Shown here: positions 1 to 10,182 of the stretch, in pieces
How positions within the stretch are numbered: position 1 is the first letter of the stretch
How the letters are laid out: each line of letters starts with the position of its first letter
IMG/VR virus record: IMGVR_UViG_3300010883_023988
Span: 1,956 to 65,955 of that record
DNA from: a virus
Taxonomy: Duplodnaviria > Caudoviricetes
Reading direction: 5' to 3' (one strand)
Length of the DNA: 64,000 bases
Translations under genes and position numbers: made by a program
The notes under the pieces: generated by a model
What the model saw: the letters and a program-made list of their open reading frames with translations, nothing else
Database searches by the model: none
Told to the model about the DNA's origin: nothing

Positions 1-992
1 TAGCTGGCTGGATTAACACGGAAATAGCAGGATCACACGTTAGGTGCGTCTCAATCTTTAGCTTGTACTATGATAATTTCAGCGGTAAAAAAGACTTTGA
101 AGTAGTTCGGGGTATTAGTATCGGCGCTGCGACCGGATTAAACTCAAACCCAATATCCGTATCAAAAAATATTGATTTTAACACTGCGTCTTCCTCGTAT
201 TCTGTAACGTACACTGACGATGAGGGGTACGTAAACTCAAATTACTATTTGGATAGAACCATAAGTATAAGTAAAAACCAAGGATCAGTCTTTGTAGCAA
301 CCGAGAACGGAACCTTGAGATACAACGAAGCTAAAAGCAGAGACTTTAACCCAACGGCGAAGATAAGCAGTATTCTGGGAGACGAATCCTTATCTAAGGC
401 TAGGTGTGAAGAGTTCCTAGAAAGAGCTCATAATAAAAGTACAAGTCATCACTTATTCGGAGCAACCCACTCGATGTACTTGACGAAAAGCAGCTTTTCA
501 TTTAACAAACATGGCAAGTCTGTAACGTACACGTTTAGTTACTCGGACTCTGTGGAGTTTCTACCAAAAAATGATCATACAGTCGCTAGATCAAGCGTGA
601 AGGAACGGGATGAAAGTCCATCTTATAAATTCTCAAGCTATACTATTCCATCGGCGGGCGATGAAATATTACATTCACCCCCTGGCTCGCCGAAGTCCAA
701 TCTGTCTACTAGGACAATAACGGTAGACTATACGTTAAAAAGGATTCCTTCCAGAAATATCTATGATACGGTATATAACATAAGCTCCGCTTTGGAGCAC
801 GCGAGGCAAGCAGCGATAAATGAAGCCTTCAAAGCTCATATAGATAATGGCGTTTTGGCTCTTGATTATGATGAAATTTATATAACGGCAGCATCGTATA
901 CCTTTAATTCAGATAGGAGATTGTCAGTAACGGTTACGGCAGAGTACCCAACGATAACAAAAATTCGAGATATAAATAAGGGGGCTATTTAA
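1..992 (+). CDS. Putative virion structural protein, 5'-truncated by the window edge
   Basis: The frame of ORF 63..992 is open back to position 3 with no stop, so the gene begins before the window. Ser/Thr/Tyr-rich beta-type composition; first of a run of closely spaced + strand structural-like genes. Confidence 0.6.
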   Translation, partial: AGWINTEIAGSHVRCVSIFSLYYDNFSGKKDFEVVRGISIGAATGLNSNPISVSKNIDFNTASSSYSVTYTDDEGYVNSNYYLDRTISISKNQGSVFVATENGTLRYNEAKSRDFNPTAKISSILGDESLSKARCEEFLERAHNKSTSHHLFGATHSMYLTKSSFSFNKHGKSVTYTFSYSDSVEFLPKNDHTVARSSVKERDESPSYKFSSYTIPSAGDEILHSPPGSPKSNLSTRTITVDYTLKRIPSRNIYDTVYNISSALEHARQAAINEAFKAHIDNGVLALDYDEIYITAASYTFNSDRRLSVTVTAEYPTITKIRDINKGAI

Positions 993-998
993 AAAATC

Positions 999-2789
999 AT
1001 GGCAGTAGTAGTAAAATATGGTTCTTACACTTTTGACATAGCTCCTTTTGTGTCAAGGAGTCAAGAAGTCCTGTACGACGGGCTAAGCAAGAAGGGTCAA
1101 GTAACAGCGGTAGAATTGGCTGGGACTATACTTGTTGATGACGGAGTATACGACGCTGGATTTGCCGGACTCAACGCTAAAAGAAATGCTCTCATCAGTG
1201 CGTTTGAGACCGACTTTCAATCGCTCGTAGTTTTAGAAGACTCTGTAGAAATTTTACGTTTTGACTACTGCTCTGTGGGAAGCGTATCTTTTGAGCCTTC
1301 TGGAAACGGTATAGCTGCAAAGTATTCCATTAGCTTAAAATGTTACGAACAGGATTTGTTTGCAAGAGACTACGGAATCTTAGACCCATCCGATAGCGTT
1401 TCGTACGATATTAACGAAGACGGTACGATGTCAATCAATCACAGCGTGAGCGCGCGAGGTATCTATACTGGGTATAGAAAACCAATCCAGAACGCGATAG
1501 ACTGGGTCGACAAAAGAGTACCCCTTGTTATCGATAACCCTAACGATCCCAGTTGGGAGGGCGGACCTTCTCCATTTTTCACTTCAGGACTTAACTCTTC
1601 GTTTGATTCTTCGGACATTATAAATAGTAATTTGGTTTTAAAGAACACGAACAAAAACATAAATAGAATGGACGGCTCTTGCTCTATCGAAGAAAGTTAC
1701 GTCTTGCAGACAGGAGACTACTGGAACGCGCCACTAATAACTGGAACGCACGCAAGTATATCAACCAGCATTAAATCTGGAATAAACGATGACCACATGA
1801 CAATAAGCGTTTCTTACGAACTGATGGGTGGACAAAACCAGACAGCCTCATCGTTGCGAACTGCATTTAATACAATAAGCGTTACGGGTACTTTATACAG
1901 TATTGCCACGGGAGTAGATTTAGGTTTTTCTAATTTGGTAGGACACAATAATGTAGGAAATTTTCCACATATTCCAGAGTCTATAAGTATTGAAGATCAA
2001 GCGGATGAGTCTCGTAGCATAAAATTGTCTTGCGATTTTATATCAAACATAGATATAATTAATGGCAATGGTTACATATTTGATCCTAATTTTTCTATAA
2101 ACACAGACGAGATTAACTCGGAGACGACGGTCTCGATACAAGGAACGATAAAGGGGATTGGGCCGAAAAACTATAGATACGATGTAATAACTGGAGTTCA
2201 TGGGAGCTTCTCGTCTATTGGCGGGGAATACTATAAAATGTGTAAAGAGTTTTATACTGGAGTATACGGAGCAAGCGCGTGGCAGCTTAACCCATACCCA
2301 GGATCAGCGTCTGTTAAAGAAAATAAATTTAAAGGAACCGTGGAAATCTCTTATTCGTTCAATAATAAAGACATCCCAGTAGATGCCGGTGGTGTGCCCA
2401 CGGTAAGCTCGGCGGGCTTTACAATGAACGTGCATCCCTCACTGAAGAAATACGCTGCCAAGCCATCAATAAATGAAGTGGGGCTTTATTCCATTTATGA
2501 CCTAGGCGTAAAAACTAGGGAGAATTTAGATATAAATACAAACATCTCTCATTTAGACTGGATTGACACCGATATTGTCGCAGACCTTACCTTGGACCAT
2601 GGTATACATGATCACTTTTTTTCTGGATACGCAAACGGTCCGGTTGATAACCGTGGAGTCACCGTTTTAGACTCGATCAAACTGAACGAGTCAACGAGCG
2701 TTGAGGGTCCCCCAGCCAACTCCACGTCAATGAATACAAAGGTTACTCAAAAACTCCAGAACCAAATCGGGACGCCATTTAATGAATAA
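999..2789 (+). CDS. Putative virion (tail/baseplate-region) protein
   Basis: 596-aa ORF with recurring beta-strand blocks similar in style to the upstream ORF; overlaps the next gene; no enzyme motif. Confidence 0.55.
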   Translation: MAVVVKYGSYTFDIAPFVSRSQEVLYDGLSKKGQVTAVELAGTILVDDGVYDAGFAGLNAKRNALISAFETDFQSLVVLEDSVEILRFDYCSVGSVSFEPSGNGIAAKYSISLKCYEQDLFARDYGILDPSDSVSYDINEDGTMSINHSVSARGIYTGYRKPIQNAIDWVDKRVPLVIDNPNDPSWEGGPSPFFTSGLNSSFDSSDIINSNLVLKNTNKNINRMDGSCSIEESYVLQTGDYWNAPLITGTHASISTSIKSGINDDHMTISVSYELMGGQNQTASSLRTAFNTISVTGTLYSIATGVDLGFSNLVGHNNVGNFPHIPESISIEDQADESRSIKLSCDFISNIDIINGNGYIFDPNFSINTDEINSETTVSIQGTIKGIGPKNYRYDVITGVHGSFSSIGGEYYKMCKEFYTGVYGASAWQLNPYPGSASVKENKFKGTVEISYSFNNKDIPVDAGGVPTVSSAGFTMNVHPSLKKYAAKPSINEVGLYSIYDLGVKTRENLDINTNISHLDWIDTDIVADLTLDHGIHDHFFSGYANGPVDNRGVTVLDSIKLNESTSVEGPPANSTSMNTKVTQKLQNQIGTPFNE

Positions 2790-4971
2790 GACTTTATTAT
2801 ATAATTATTTGCCCACCTTGAGCGTGCCTAGTGGCGAGCTTGACGTTTTTTATTCATTTACTAGCGGGTCTGGAAACGTTGTGTTTAATGAAATTCATGA
2901 TAACTCTGATCACTTTCTAGGTAACGACGTGACAAAAATCAAAGGCTCCGTGTACGCTGGGGTTTCTAACGGCGACGGAAACGCTTCCTCTGGCAGCTCC
3001 AAAGGCACGGGTAATTTCGCGGGTAATGACGGCGTTCAGATCGCTCCTTATTACGATAAAGAAAATTGGACATTGTTTTTAAATTTTTCTGGAGCAAGCG
3101 TACCTACTGGCGATAAGGGTATAGTTCTAGTAGACTCGGCAAAAAATACTTACGTATCAGCATTGACGGACTCAGCCGACAATACATTTTTACAAGTTAG
3201 TCAATCCGCCGAAACTTCAACTGGTGGTGGGGGTGCGACATCAAAGTTGAGATCGGTTTATTTTTATACAGGAGACACGAGCTCTACCCCAACTTATTCG
3301 GGAGGTGCTTGGCCGTATGTGTATGTGCAGGGAACGTTGTCGTCGGACGACACTGTGTCCGCGACGCTTTCTACTACTGGGTATGATGGCAAACGTTTAT
3401 TGTTGGTTAATGGCAAGCCCACTTACCAATTTGGAACCGACGTTAATCCAACTACGGCAGCGGGCATTGGGGTTGGTGGCATGTGGTCTGGGTTTAAATC
3501 AGACGGACTGCAACAGACGGCTAGCATAAGTGGCATCGCTACCCCGTCCCCAACCGCGTGCAAAGGGTTTACCTTCGCGGTGAACGCTTCAAATAGGCTG
3601 TTCTTTCAGTATGACAGCTCAAGTGGGGAGACGAAAACTTTTAGTAGTATCAACGAGCTGGGTAACAAAAATATAATCTCATTAACTAAGTCTGACGATT
3701 CCGTAACTATAATGAAGCACGACTTCGTTGACTCAAAAAGTAGTTATGAGAATTTCAATTTTACTTCTGACTTTAATAATTCGTTGTTCTGGAATATCGG
3801 CAGAATTAACGAGAACGACGTCGCTTCCGATAAGTTTGATCAGTATACGGGGATTATGGAAGACCTCGTCCTGTTTTCTGGAGCCTTGCCCTCTGGGAAA
3901 AGTAAGTCTTTTTCAGAATGCTTCTTCCTTAGTGATTTTTCTGGAAAAAGGATAGAAGCCGTTACTAAGAGTAAAAACCAAGTGACTGGGATTTCAATTA
4001 ATTACTCTGGGATAACTGGAGCGGGAATAACCGGCTATCAATCTGTTCTACATTCTGTAATTGGCGGTATAGAAATATATACACAAAGCGGTATAACTGG
4101 CCAGCTTTCGTCGGGCATCCAGAAAACTATTTTAACTGGAACTGGAATTTCTTATACCGAAAATGTTTTTACTGGAGAATTTAGATCATATAATAATTCG
4201 TACGCTAGCCTTTACTCCAATACCGACTTGGCTTTCTTAAAGAGCCCTGATTCAAGTGAGAGCGAACCCAATACGTGGCAAAATATTTTTGAGGTAAACT
4301 CTCAACTCTACAGGAATACGGGAGTCGGTTTGATAGCTAACTTTAATACGGACCGTAGTGGATTCAAATTGGATAGCTCCTATGTAGCTAGTAACAAAAT
4401 CAATGTATTCAGGAACGGCTACGCTCAATATTCGGGAGCCGACTACAGCGTCCTGTCTGGACATTTGATTTTCGATGGGACCGCGAGCTCTTCAGACTCT
4501 GTTGTTTATGATTATACGTCGGGAGACCAGTTATTGTCAGGCTACGACGATCCAGTGACGGGGAATGGTACAGTTTCTATAGGTAGCGAAGACTATTTTC
4601 ATAAAGACATTTTTTTAAATGGAAAAAAACTAATAGAGGGGTTGAATTATTTACGTGATTGGGGAGGACAAACTACTACGATATTAAAATCTACCTTTAC
4701 TGAAACGGGCCATCTCTTATTTTCTCCAAGAGTAAATGGAAGTACTCCAACGGGCGCGTATTATTTTAATACGAAAACAGGTACTGCCACGAATCATGTG
4801 TCCGCCAACTTCAACATCGTGTCTGAGCAAGTTTGGCTGAACGGACTAAGGCAAGCAAAAGATAGCGATTATATACTAGTTTCTAAAATGGGCAACTTAA
4901 CTAATGTTAATTTCGTTTCTGGATTTAGTGAGACTATTTATAAAAACGAAGGAACATTCTTCAATGTTTGA
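2782..4971 (+). CDS. Virion protein with LamG/concanavalin-A-like domain and C-terminal VxLNG.RQ..xDY repeats
   Basis: WTLFLNF...FWNIGRI...YTGIMEDLVLFSGAL resembles LamG. The C-terminus repeats VFRNG/IFLNG/VWLNG...DY units seen in phage tail proteins. Carries an inserted segment at about 3301-3492 (see findings). Confidence 0.55.
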   Translation: MNKTLLYNYLPTLSVPSGELDVFYSFTSGSGNVVFNEIHDNSDHFLGNDVTKIKGSVYAGVSNGDGNASSGSSKGTGNFAGNDGVQIAPYYDKENWTLFLNFSGASVPTGDKGIVLVDSAKNTYVSALTDSADNTFLQVSQSAETSTGGGGATSKLRSVYFYTGDTSSTPTYSGGAWPYVYVQGTLSSDDTVSATLSTTGYDGKRLLLVNGKPTYQFGTDVNPTTAAGIGVGGMWSGFKSDGLQQTASISGIATPSPTACKGFTFAVNASNRLFFQYDSSSGETKTFSSINELGNKNIISLTKSDDSVTIMKHDFVDSKSSYENFNFTSDFNNSLFWNIGRINENDVASDKFDQYTGIMEDLVLFSGALPSGKSKSFSECFFLSDFSGKRIEAVTKSKNQVTGISINYSGITGAGITGYQSVLHSVIGGIEIYTQSGITGQLSSGIQKTILTGTGISYTENVFTGEFRSYNNSYASLYSNTDLAFLKSPDSSESEPNTWQNIFEVNSQLYRNTGVGLIANFNTDRSGFKLDSSYVASNKINVFRNGYAQYSGADYSVLSGHLIFDGTASSSDSVVYDYTSGDQLLSGYDDPVTGNGTVSIGSEDYFHKDIFLNGKKLIEGLNYLRDWGGQTTTILKSTFTETGHLLFSPRVNGSTPTGAYYFNTKTGTATNHVSANFNIVSEQVWLNGLRQAKDSDYILVSKMGNLTNVNFVSGFSETIYKNEGTFFNV

Positions 4972-4975
4972 CGCT

Positions 4976-4985
4976 AAGTGTATAT
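4976..4985 (+). promoter_or_regulatory. AGTGTA-class putative phage promoter motif
   Basis: AAGTGTATAT in a short intergenic gap, 19 nt before the ATG at 5005; recurs upstream of several other genes. Confidence 0.5.
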
Positions 4986-5004
4986 TTAATGGGAAAAGGA
5001 AAAA

Positions 5005-8000
5005 ATGGCAATTAAAAGCATAGAAACGATAAGCGTTGACGACGGGCCAGTCGGAGAAATCTTTGGCTGTAAAATTTTTAACCTAAGCCTAAACATAGGG
5101 TACGATAAGGACCCGACCACTTTATCTTTAAATATAGTGAGGGAGGACGGCGTTTACCCTGACGTAGATCAATATTTGTCCTATTTAAACCCTTATAAGG
5201 TAAGCATAGATAGTATTTCAATTTATTTATATTTGGTAAAATCATCTTCCAGAACCTCTGCCGAATCAAAGACTTTAACTTTGGATTTTGTGGATGGTTC
5301 TCATATCTTAGATAGGGTTTTTGTGGGGATGATTAATAAGCATACTACTTCGGGGAAGCATATGAGGACGGAAGACAGACACTTTTCTGTGCCGGTATGT
5401 TGCCCGAATTGCCATGGGGACCCATACGCTGACCTAAGTACCACGATGAGGAACATGACAGCTACGAGGCAAGTTAGCTATTCTAACGGGACTCCAATCG
5501 GAAATAATGTTGATGGTGGATTTGTTTTCGTTGGAGTTGAGGGTTATGCAGAAACGGACTGCGACATAGGACAGGTTAATTACTCTCTTAACGATTTGGT
5601 TATTGCGTGCTCGAACATCGGGATAGAATTAGCGTTCCCGCAGCCAAGAGCTTATAACTCCTTCATAAGAAGCCATACAGGATCGCTAAGAAGTGTCCTT
5701 AGAAGTTGGTGCGCGGAAGTCAACTACACCTTTGGCTGGAACTGGTCCGAACAAGTCGGAAAAGTTGATTTCATAAATTTACAAGGAGCGACCTCCGTGC
5801 TTCCAAGCAAAATAACAGAAATTAAAAATATTGTAGACAACATGAACACGTCTGATCAGCCCATCGTATTAGACGTTCAAGAATCGACCTCAATTAAAGA
5901 GACCTCTAAGAACTACAACGTTACTTTTTATCAAGCTTCAAAATTGCAAGCTAACCAAGATAGGTCAATTAACTACCTACAGCATTTCGCTGCTCTATAT
6001 TTAGACGACGTAGTACACGCTCAAGAACTACAGAAGTCATACACGAAGAAGGACGACGGTGGATTCATTCATAATCGTTATGATTATGCAGAATTTTTCA
6101 CGTCAATGGCGTTAGCCTCAGTAAGCCAAAGCGCAGCAGATATTTACAACGCTACGCAGGGGTATTTAGGGTACTTTGGGTATTCGATGTGGGCTCAGGT
6201 AGACAACAAACCTTTCGAGTACATCGAGCCTGGCGGGAAAACGCATATAGTCAGAGACATGAAGCGGACTCTTATTAGCGCTGCTTCAGCCGGTACAAAC
6301 GGAATCAGAGACCAGACCGAAAGATACTATAGAGCGCTTTTCAGGGTAGAGGCGACTACGGCGGTCTCTTGGTCCGGTGGAGCAATAGAGCCATGGATGT
6401 TCGACATTTACCTAGGCGTCAAACCAAATGATAATGCAAACAGTCCTGCTTCAAAAGGGTATGAAAGAGATATTGCAAGCTCGTTTGCTGGGAAGTATTT
6501 TTGGAGCCAAGCCCGTCCTAAAAAATACAGGACTTGTACGAAAAGTATTACTTATGACGTTGGTTTTGAATATTCTCCATCCGTAACCGACGTCTTTTCT
6601 CCAGTTGTTCGGGCGGACGCTGAAAATACAACGTCGGTAAATAAAAACGCTCCTTGGTTTAGACATATAGGGCCAAGATATGGTATGCAAAGTTTTCTGT
6701 GGCCACAACAGTCTATTGTGGATTATTTTGGCAACCCGACGAGATCGGTTTGGACCAATACGCCTATTAAAGTAATAGAAAGAGAAGCGAAGTTTGGGAA
6801 CGTCGTGCAATATGATGTATATAATACATTGGATTCGACAGTAGTTAGGAAAGGGTCACCAATGTCCGAGCTATGTATTGATACATGTGGCATTGATATT
6901 TTTAATCAGTTTAAACCAATGGTTTCTAAATGGAAGCATGGTCAACCAGGCATATCCGCGCGCGGTGGACTCTCCTCCACGACGTCTTTGAATGCTCTTG
7001 AGTCCTATTTGGACAAGAAAACTCGCTCCCTGAATACTGCATGTAACCCAGACGGCGAGGCGTTTAAGGGGCAAGATGTAGAGCTCTTCGTTGTGCCTCA
7101 TCCGCATCTTGTAAAAAAATTCATGCATGTGGTCCCCGTAGAAGATGTCTATGGAAATCTTAACGTAATGACCAACCCAGAGGAAGAAACCTATGTCCAA
7201 AACATAAAACAAGACCAAGAAGGGTGTACAAAAATATGTGATGATCAAAAAAATTATATAAAAGATGAAATTTGCGACTGTGACCAAGAAATTTTTTCTG
7301 GCCCAGGTGACTTGAGTGCTCAAACAATTGATTTTCAAAACCAATTACTCAGTCCGCAACCAAACGACGAACCTCACGCGCATGGTTTATATAATAATAC
7401 TACCTTTGGGGCGACGCTTTCGTTTTTGAGGAATAACCCTTGGCGGAAAGATGTCGCGCATGGTACGCAGCCCTTCGATACCCATTTAAATATAGCTCTT
7501 CCAACGGCTTCGTTTCGCGTTGACGTAGGTAAATACCTACCGGAAGCGGTCAACTCTCGACAAGTTCCAACGGACGGTTCATTCAACGCCTCACAATGGA
7601 TTAGGTCGAACTTTAAGGAAAAAATAGCTATCTCTTATACTCTTCCAAAGGATACCTCAGTAAAGAACACATTTAACTCTTCCTTACCAGGAAACGTTGC
7701 CAAAATAAGGGTTAATGAAAAAAATGTAACCTCAGACCTAAGGCGAATTGACGGTAACTGCGCTGACGCAGCCTCCGTTATCAACATGTATGTCCCTTCG
7801 GTTGGCTTCGTAGACCTTGACACTTATCATAATTTATATTCTGCTTTAGCTAATACTGGGTCTGAATACCCAAGGAAAACCCTAAGCGTTACCTTGGATG
7901 GGATGAAATTGGGCCCACTAGCTGATTACGCCCAAAATGTTAATGGTTTAAATTCTTGGCAAATTTCTATGGATACTCAGGGATACAAGACCTCTATAGC

Positions 8001-8088
8001 TTGGCAAAATAAACCCGCAACATATCCATCTGAAGAACTTAGCATGATATCATTAAAGCCAGAGATGGTATTCTCTAACAATTTTTAA
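5005..8088 (+). CDS. Large putative tail/baseplate hub-like protein
   Basis: 1027-aa ORF within the structural gene run; no catalytic motif. Assignment is from position and composition only. Confidence 0.45.
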   Translation: MAIKSIETISVDDGPVGEIFGCKIFNLSLNIGYDKDPTTLSLNIVREDGVYPDVDQYLSYLNPYKVSIDSISIYLYLVKSSSRTSAESKTLTLDFVDGSHILDRVFVGMINKHTTSGKHMRTEDRHFSVPVCCPNCHGDPYADLSTTMRNMTATRQVSYSNGTPIGNNVDGGFVFVGVEGYAETDCDIGQVNYSLNDLVIACSNIGIELAFPQPRAYNSFIRSHTGSLRSVLRSWCAEVNYTFGWNWSEQVGKVDFINLQGATSVLPSKITEIKNIVDNMNTSDQPIVLDVQESTSIKETSKNYNVTFYQASKLQANQDRSINYLQHFAALYLDDVVHAQELQKSYTKKDDGGFIHNRYDYAEFFTSMALASVSQSAADIYNATQGYLGYFGYSMWAQVDNKPFEYIEPGGKTHIVRDMKRTLISAASAGTNGIRDQTERYYRALFRVEATTAVSWSGGAIEPWMFDIYLGVKPNDNANSPASKGYERDIASSFAGKYFWSQARPKKYRTCTKSITYDVGFEYSPSVTDVFSPVVRADAENTTSVNKNAPWFRHIGPRYGMQSFLWPQQSIVDYFGNPTRSVWTNTPIKVIEREAKFGNVVQYDVYNTLDSTVVRKGSPMSELCIDTCGIDIFNQFKPMVSKWKHGQPGISARGGLSSTTSLNALESYLDKKTRSLNTACNPDGEAFKGQDVELFVVPHPHLVKKFMHVVPVEDVYGNLNVMTNPEEETYVQNIKQDQEGCTKICDDQKNYIKDEICDCDQEIFSGPGDLSAQTIDFQNQLLSPQPNDEPHAHGLYNNTTFGATLSFLRNNPWRKDVAHGTQPFDTHLNIALPTASFRVDVGKYLPEAVNSRQVPTDGSFNASQWIRSNFKEKIAISYTLPKDTSVKNTFNSSLPGNVAKIRVNEKNVTSDLRRIDGNCADAASVINMYVPSVGFVDLDTYHNLYSALANTGSEYPRKTLSVTLDGMKLGPLADYAQNVNGLNSWQISMDTQGYKTSIAWQNKPATYPSEELSMISLKPEMVFSNNF

Positions 8089-8091
8089 AAA

Positions 8092-10182
8092 ATGGGATTT
8101 TATCACACATCACCGTCCGCAGGAACTCCTCACATTACGGGGAGTATTTTCAGACGTATCGAAGAGCGTGATCAGATTTCGTTCGATTCGACGATAGCTT
8201 GTAGCAATGTTACGGGCTCTGGCGTTTTTGGATTTTCTGGTCAGGGAAGTATCTACAAGTTTAGTTTCGAGTCTGGGAGAGTTATCGATCCAGACAATAA
8301 CTTTGTTTTCTCTTACTCTCCAAAGGAAGACATAAAAATATCAGGAAACTTAAACGCCACCGAGCATTCATATTATATAAACGAGAAGCCGTTTCAACTT
8401 CAAGGAACCAAAAGCTCTTTTAATGTCCAAAGGTTTTTTGCTGACGTGGATAACATGGTACTCTCGCTAGACCTAGAGGTCTCTTCTGACGGCCTTGGAG
8501 ACCTGACGGTCGCTTTCGACTCGTCTATAGATAATGCTAAGATAGTCAATGCGACAGTGACTAATGTAGGATCGGGGTCTTCTTTTGATGTTTTTTCTGG
8601 TTATTTTCACAACCCATTCGAGAGACGGTTAAAGATTTTAGATTTTCCGAGTGGAGTTACGGATTCTTCCAAGTTCAGAGTCTCTGGCAGTGGCTTCTTT
8701 CCCATAGATTTCTCCCCTGCGATAACTTTGTATACCAGTTTCGGAGAAAAGACTATTTCTGGGGTTGCTGTGGACAGGGGCGAAGGGGCGGAGAATATTT
8801 ATGCTCAATCAAGCTTCGCAAACCTAGATTCATTTTCCGATTCTGGTGGTGAAGTTGGAATTGTTAAGACAGGCTATGTCCCTGTTGACTATTATGTTCC
8901 CAGCTACGTTGCTCCCTCTGGAGAATTTAATGTTAGTTTAAGTTATTATGGTGGGTTCGTGGGTGAAATTCAGAAAGCCGTAACAGGAGTAAGTATATAT
9001 AATCCTGGGTCGGGGTACATGCACTCACCTAGGCTAACTATTACAGGCGATGGGACAGGTGCTGCCGTATCGCTTTATAATAGTAAGGCAGGACGCATAA
9101 CCGGAATTAAGTTAGAGAATTGCGGAAGCGGGTACAGTTATGTAGATTCGATTTACTACCAGAACATAACAGACTTTGTTATTGTCTCGTCTGGTAACGG
9201 ATATATGTCTTCGCCGGAAATCTGCGTTACGGGCCTATTTGGGGATAATTTTACTGGGGTAAAAAGCGACGATAATGTTTTCGCTAAAACAGTCGGAGAT
9301 AAGGTCTCAGCTATTGACTTGTATAAAGGCTATACTCCGACAGGCTATACCTCTGAGCCAATCGTACAAGTTAAAAACTGTGTCAGTGGTGTTCGAGTTC
9401 TTTTTGGCGGGTACGATTACGATGTTTCTAGCCCACCAGTAATCGGTTTTTATGGAGGTGGCGGGAGTCAGGCTACTGGAGTCCCGCTGTTTGGGAGTAC
9501 CGTAACTGGAGTAACGATGCGTTATATGGGGAGTGGATATCCCACTCCTCCTGACATCTATTTCGTTGGGGATAGGGCTGCTATTAGTGGGAGCATGCTT
9601 CATCCTAATCCAAGATGCAGGGCCCTTATTAATAGCACTGGGAATATTACGGGGACGGAATTCAGCAAAGAGGGTCGGGGGTGGTTTAGTCAACCCGAAG
9701 TAGTTTTCAAGTCGTCAGGATTAAACGTAATGGGGGCTAGTGCAGTAGCTTTGATGGGTAGGCCTCACATAACTGGGGTAAAAATGCTTTCTTATGGCCA
9801 TGGTTATGATTCGAAAGCTGGCGTTTCTGTGGGTAATGGTGGAGCCAGATTAAGCACTGTAATGTCTACTGGGGCTAGCGCGGTAGCTATTTTGTCTAGC
9901 GGTTTGAGCATACGCATGCTTACCGGAAATTTTCAAAAGTCTTTCACTGGAATATGGGATTTATCTACGGGAGATTATTCTTGGAAGTATTTATCTTCAG
10001 GACTTTTTGATGGCTTTAGGCATTATAACCCAACTGGAGTCATCGTTTCTACTGGATTAAGTGTATTCCCTATTGCGGTATCTCATTCCTCGCTTTTCGA
10101 CAATTTGGAGTCGGTGGCGGTGTTGAATATTAGCGGGAGTGGAGCTACGCCCTTAAGCGTATATATAACCGGAAAAAGGTAA
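8092..10182 (+). CDS. Tail/baseplate protein with GSGY..P.(V/I)...G.G.GA repeats
   Basis: Repeated NPGSGYMHSPRLTITGDGTGA, SGNGYMSSPEI, YMGSGYPTPPDI and SYGHGYDS motifs, a repeat type familiar from baseplate wedge/fibre proteins of large phages. Confidence 0.6.
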   Translation: MGFYHTSPSAGTPHITGSIFRRIEERDQISFDSTIACSNVTGSGVFGFSGQGSIYKFSFESGRVIDPDNNFVFSYSPKEDIKISGNLNATEHSYYINEKPFQLQGTKSSFNVQRFFADVDNMVLSLDLEVSSDGLGDLTVAFDSSIDNAKIVNATVTNVGSGSSFDVFSGYFHNPFERRLKILDFPSGVTDSSKFRVSGSGFFPIDFSPAITLYTSFGEKTISGVAVDRGEGAENIYAQSSFANLDSFSDSGGEVGIVKTGYVPVDYYVPSYVAPSGEFNVSLSYYGGFVGEIQKAVTGVSIYNPGSGYMHSPRLTITGDGTGAAVSLYNSKAGRITGIKLENCGSGYSYVDSIYYQNITDFVIVSSGNGYMSSPEICVTGLFGDNFTGVKSDDNVFAKTVGDKVSAIDLYKGYTPTGYTSEPIVQVKNCVSGVRVLFGGYDYDVSSPPVIGFYGGGGSQATGVPLFGSTVTGVTMRYMGSGYPTPPDIYFVGDRAAISGSMLHPNPRCRALINSTGNITGTEFSKEGRGWFSQPEVVFKSSGLNVMGASAVALMGRPHITGVKMLSYGHGYDSKAGVSVGNGGARLSTVMSTGASAVAILSSGLSIRMLTGNFQKSFTGIWDLSTGDYSWKYLSSGLFDGFRHYNPTGVIVSTGLSVFPIAVSHSSLFDNLESVAVLNISGSGATPLSVYITGKR

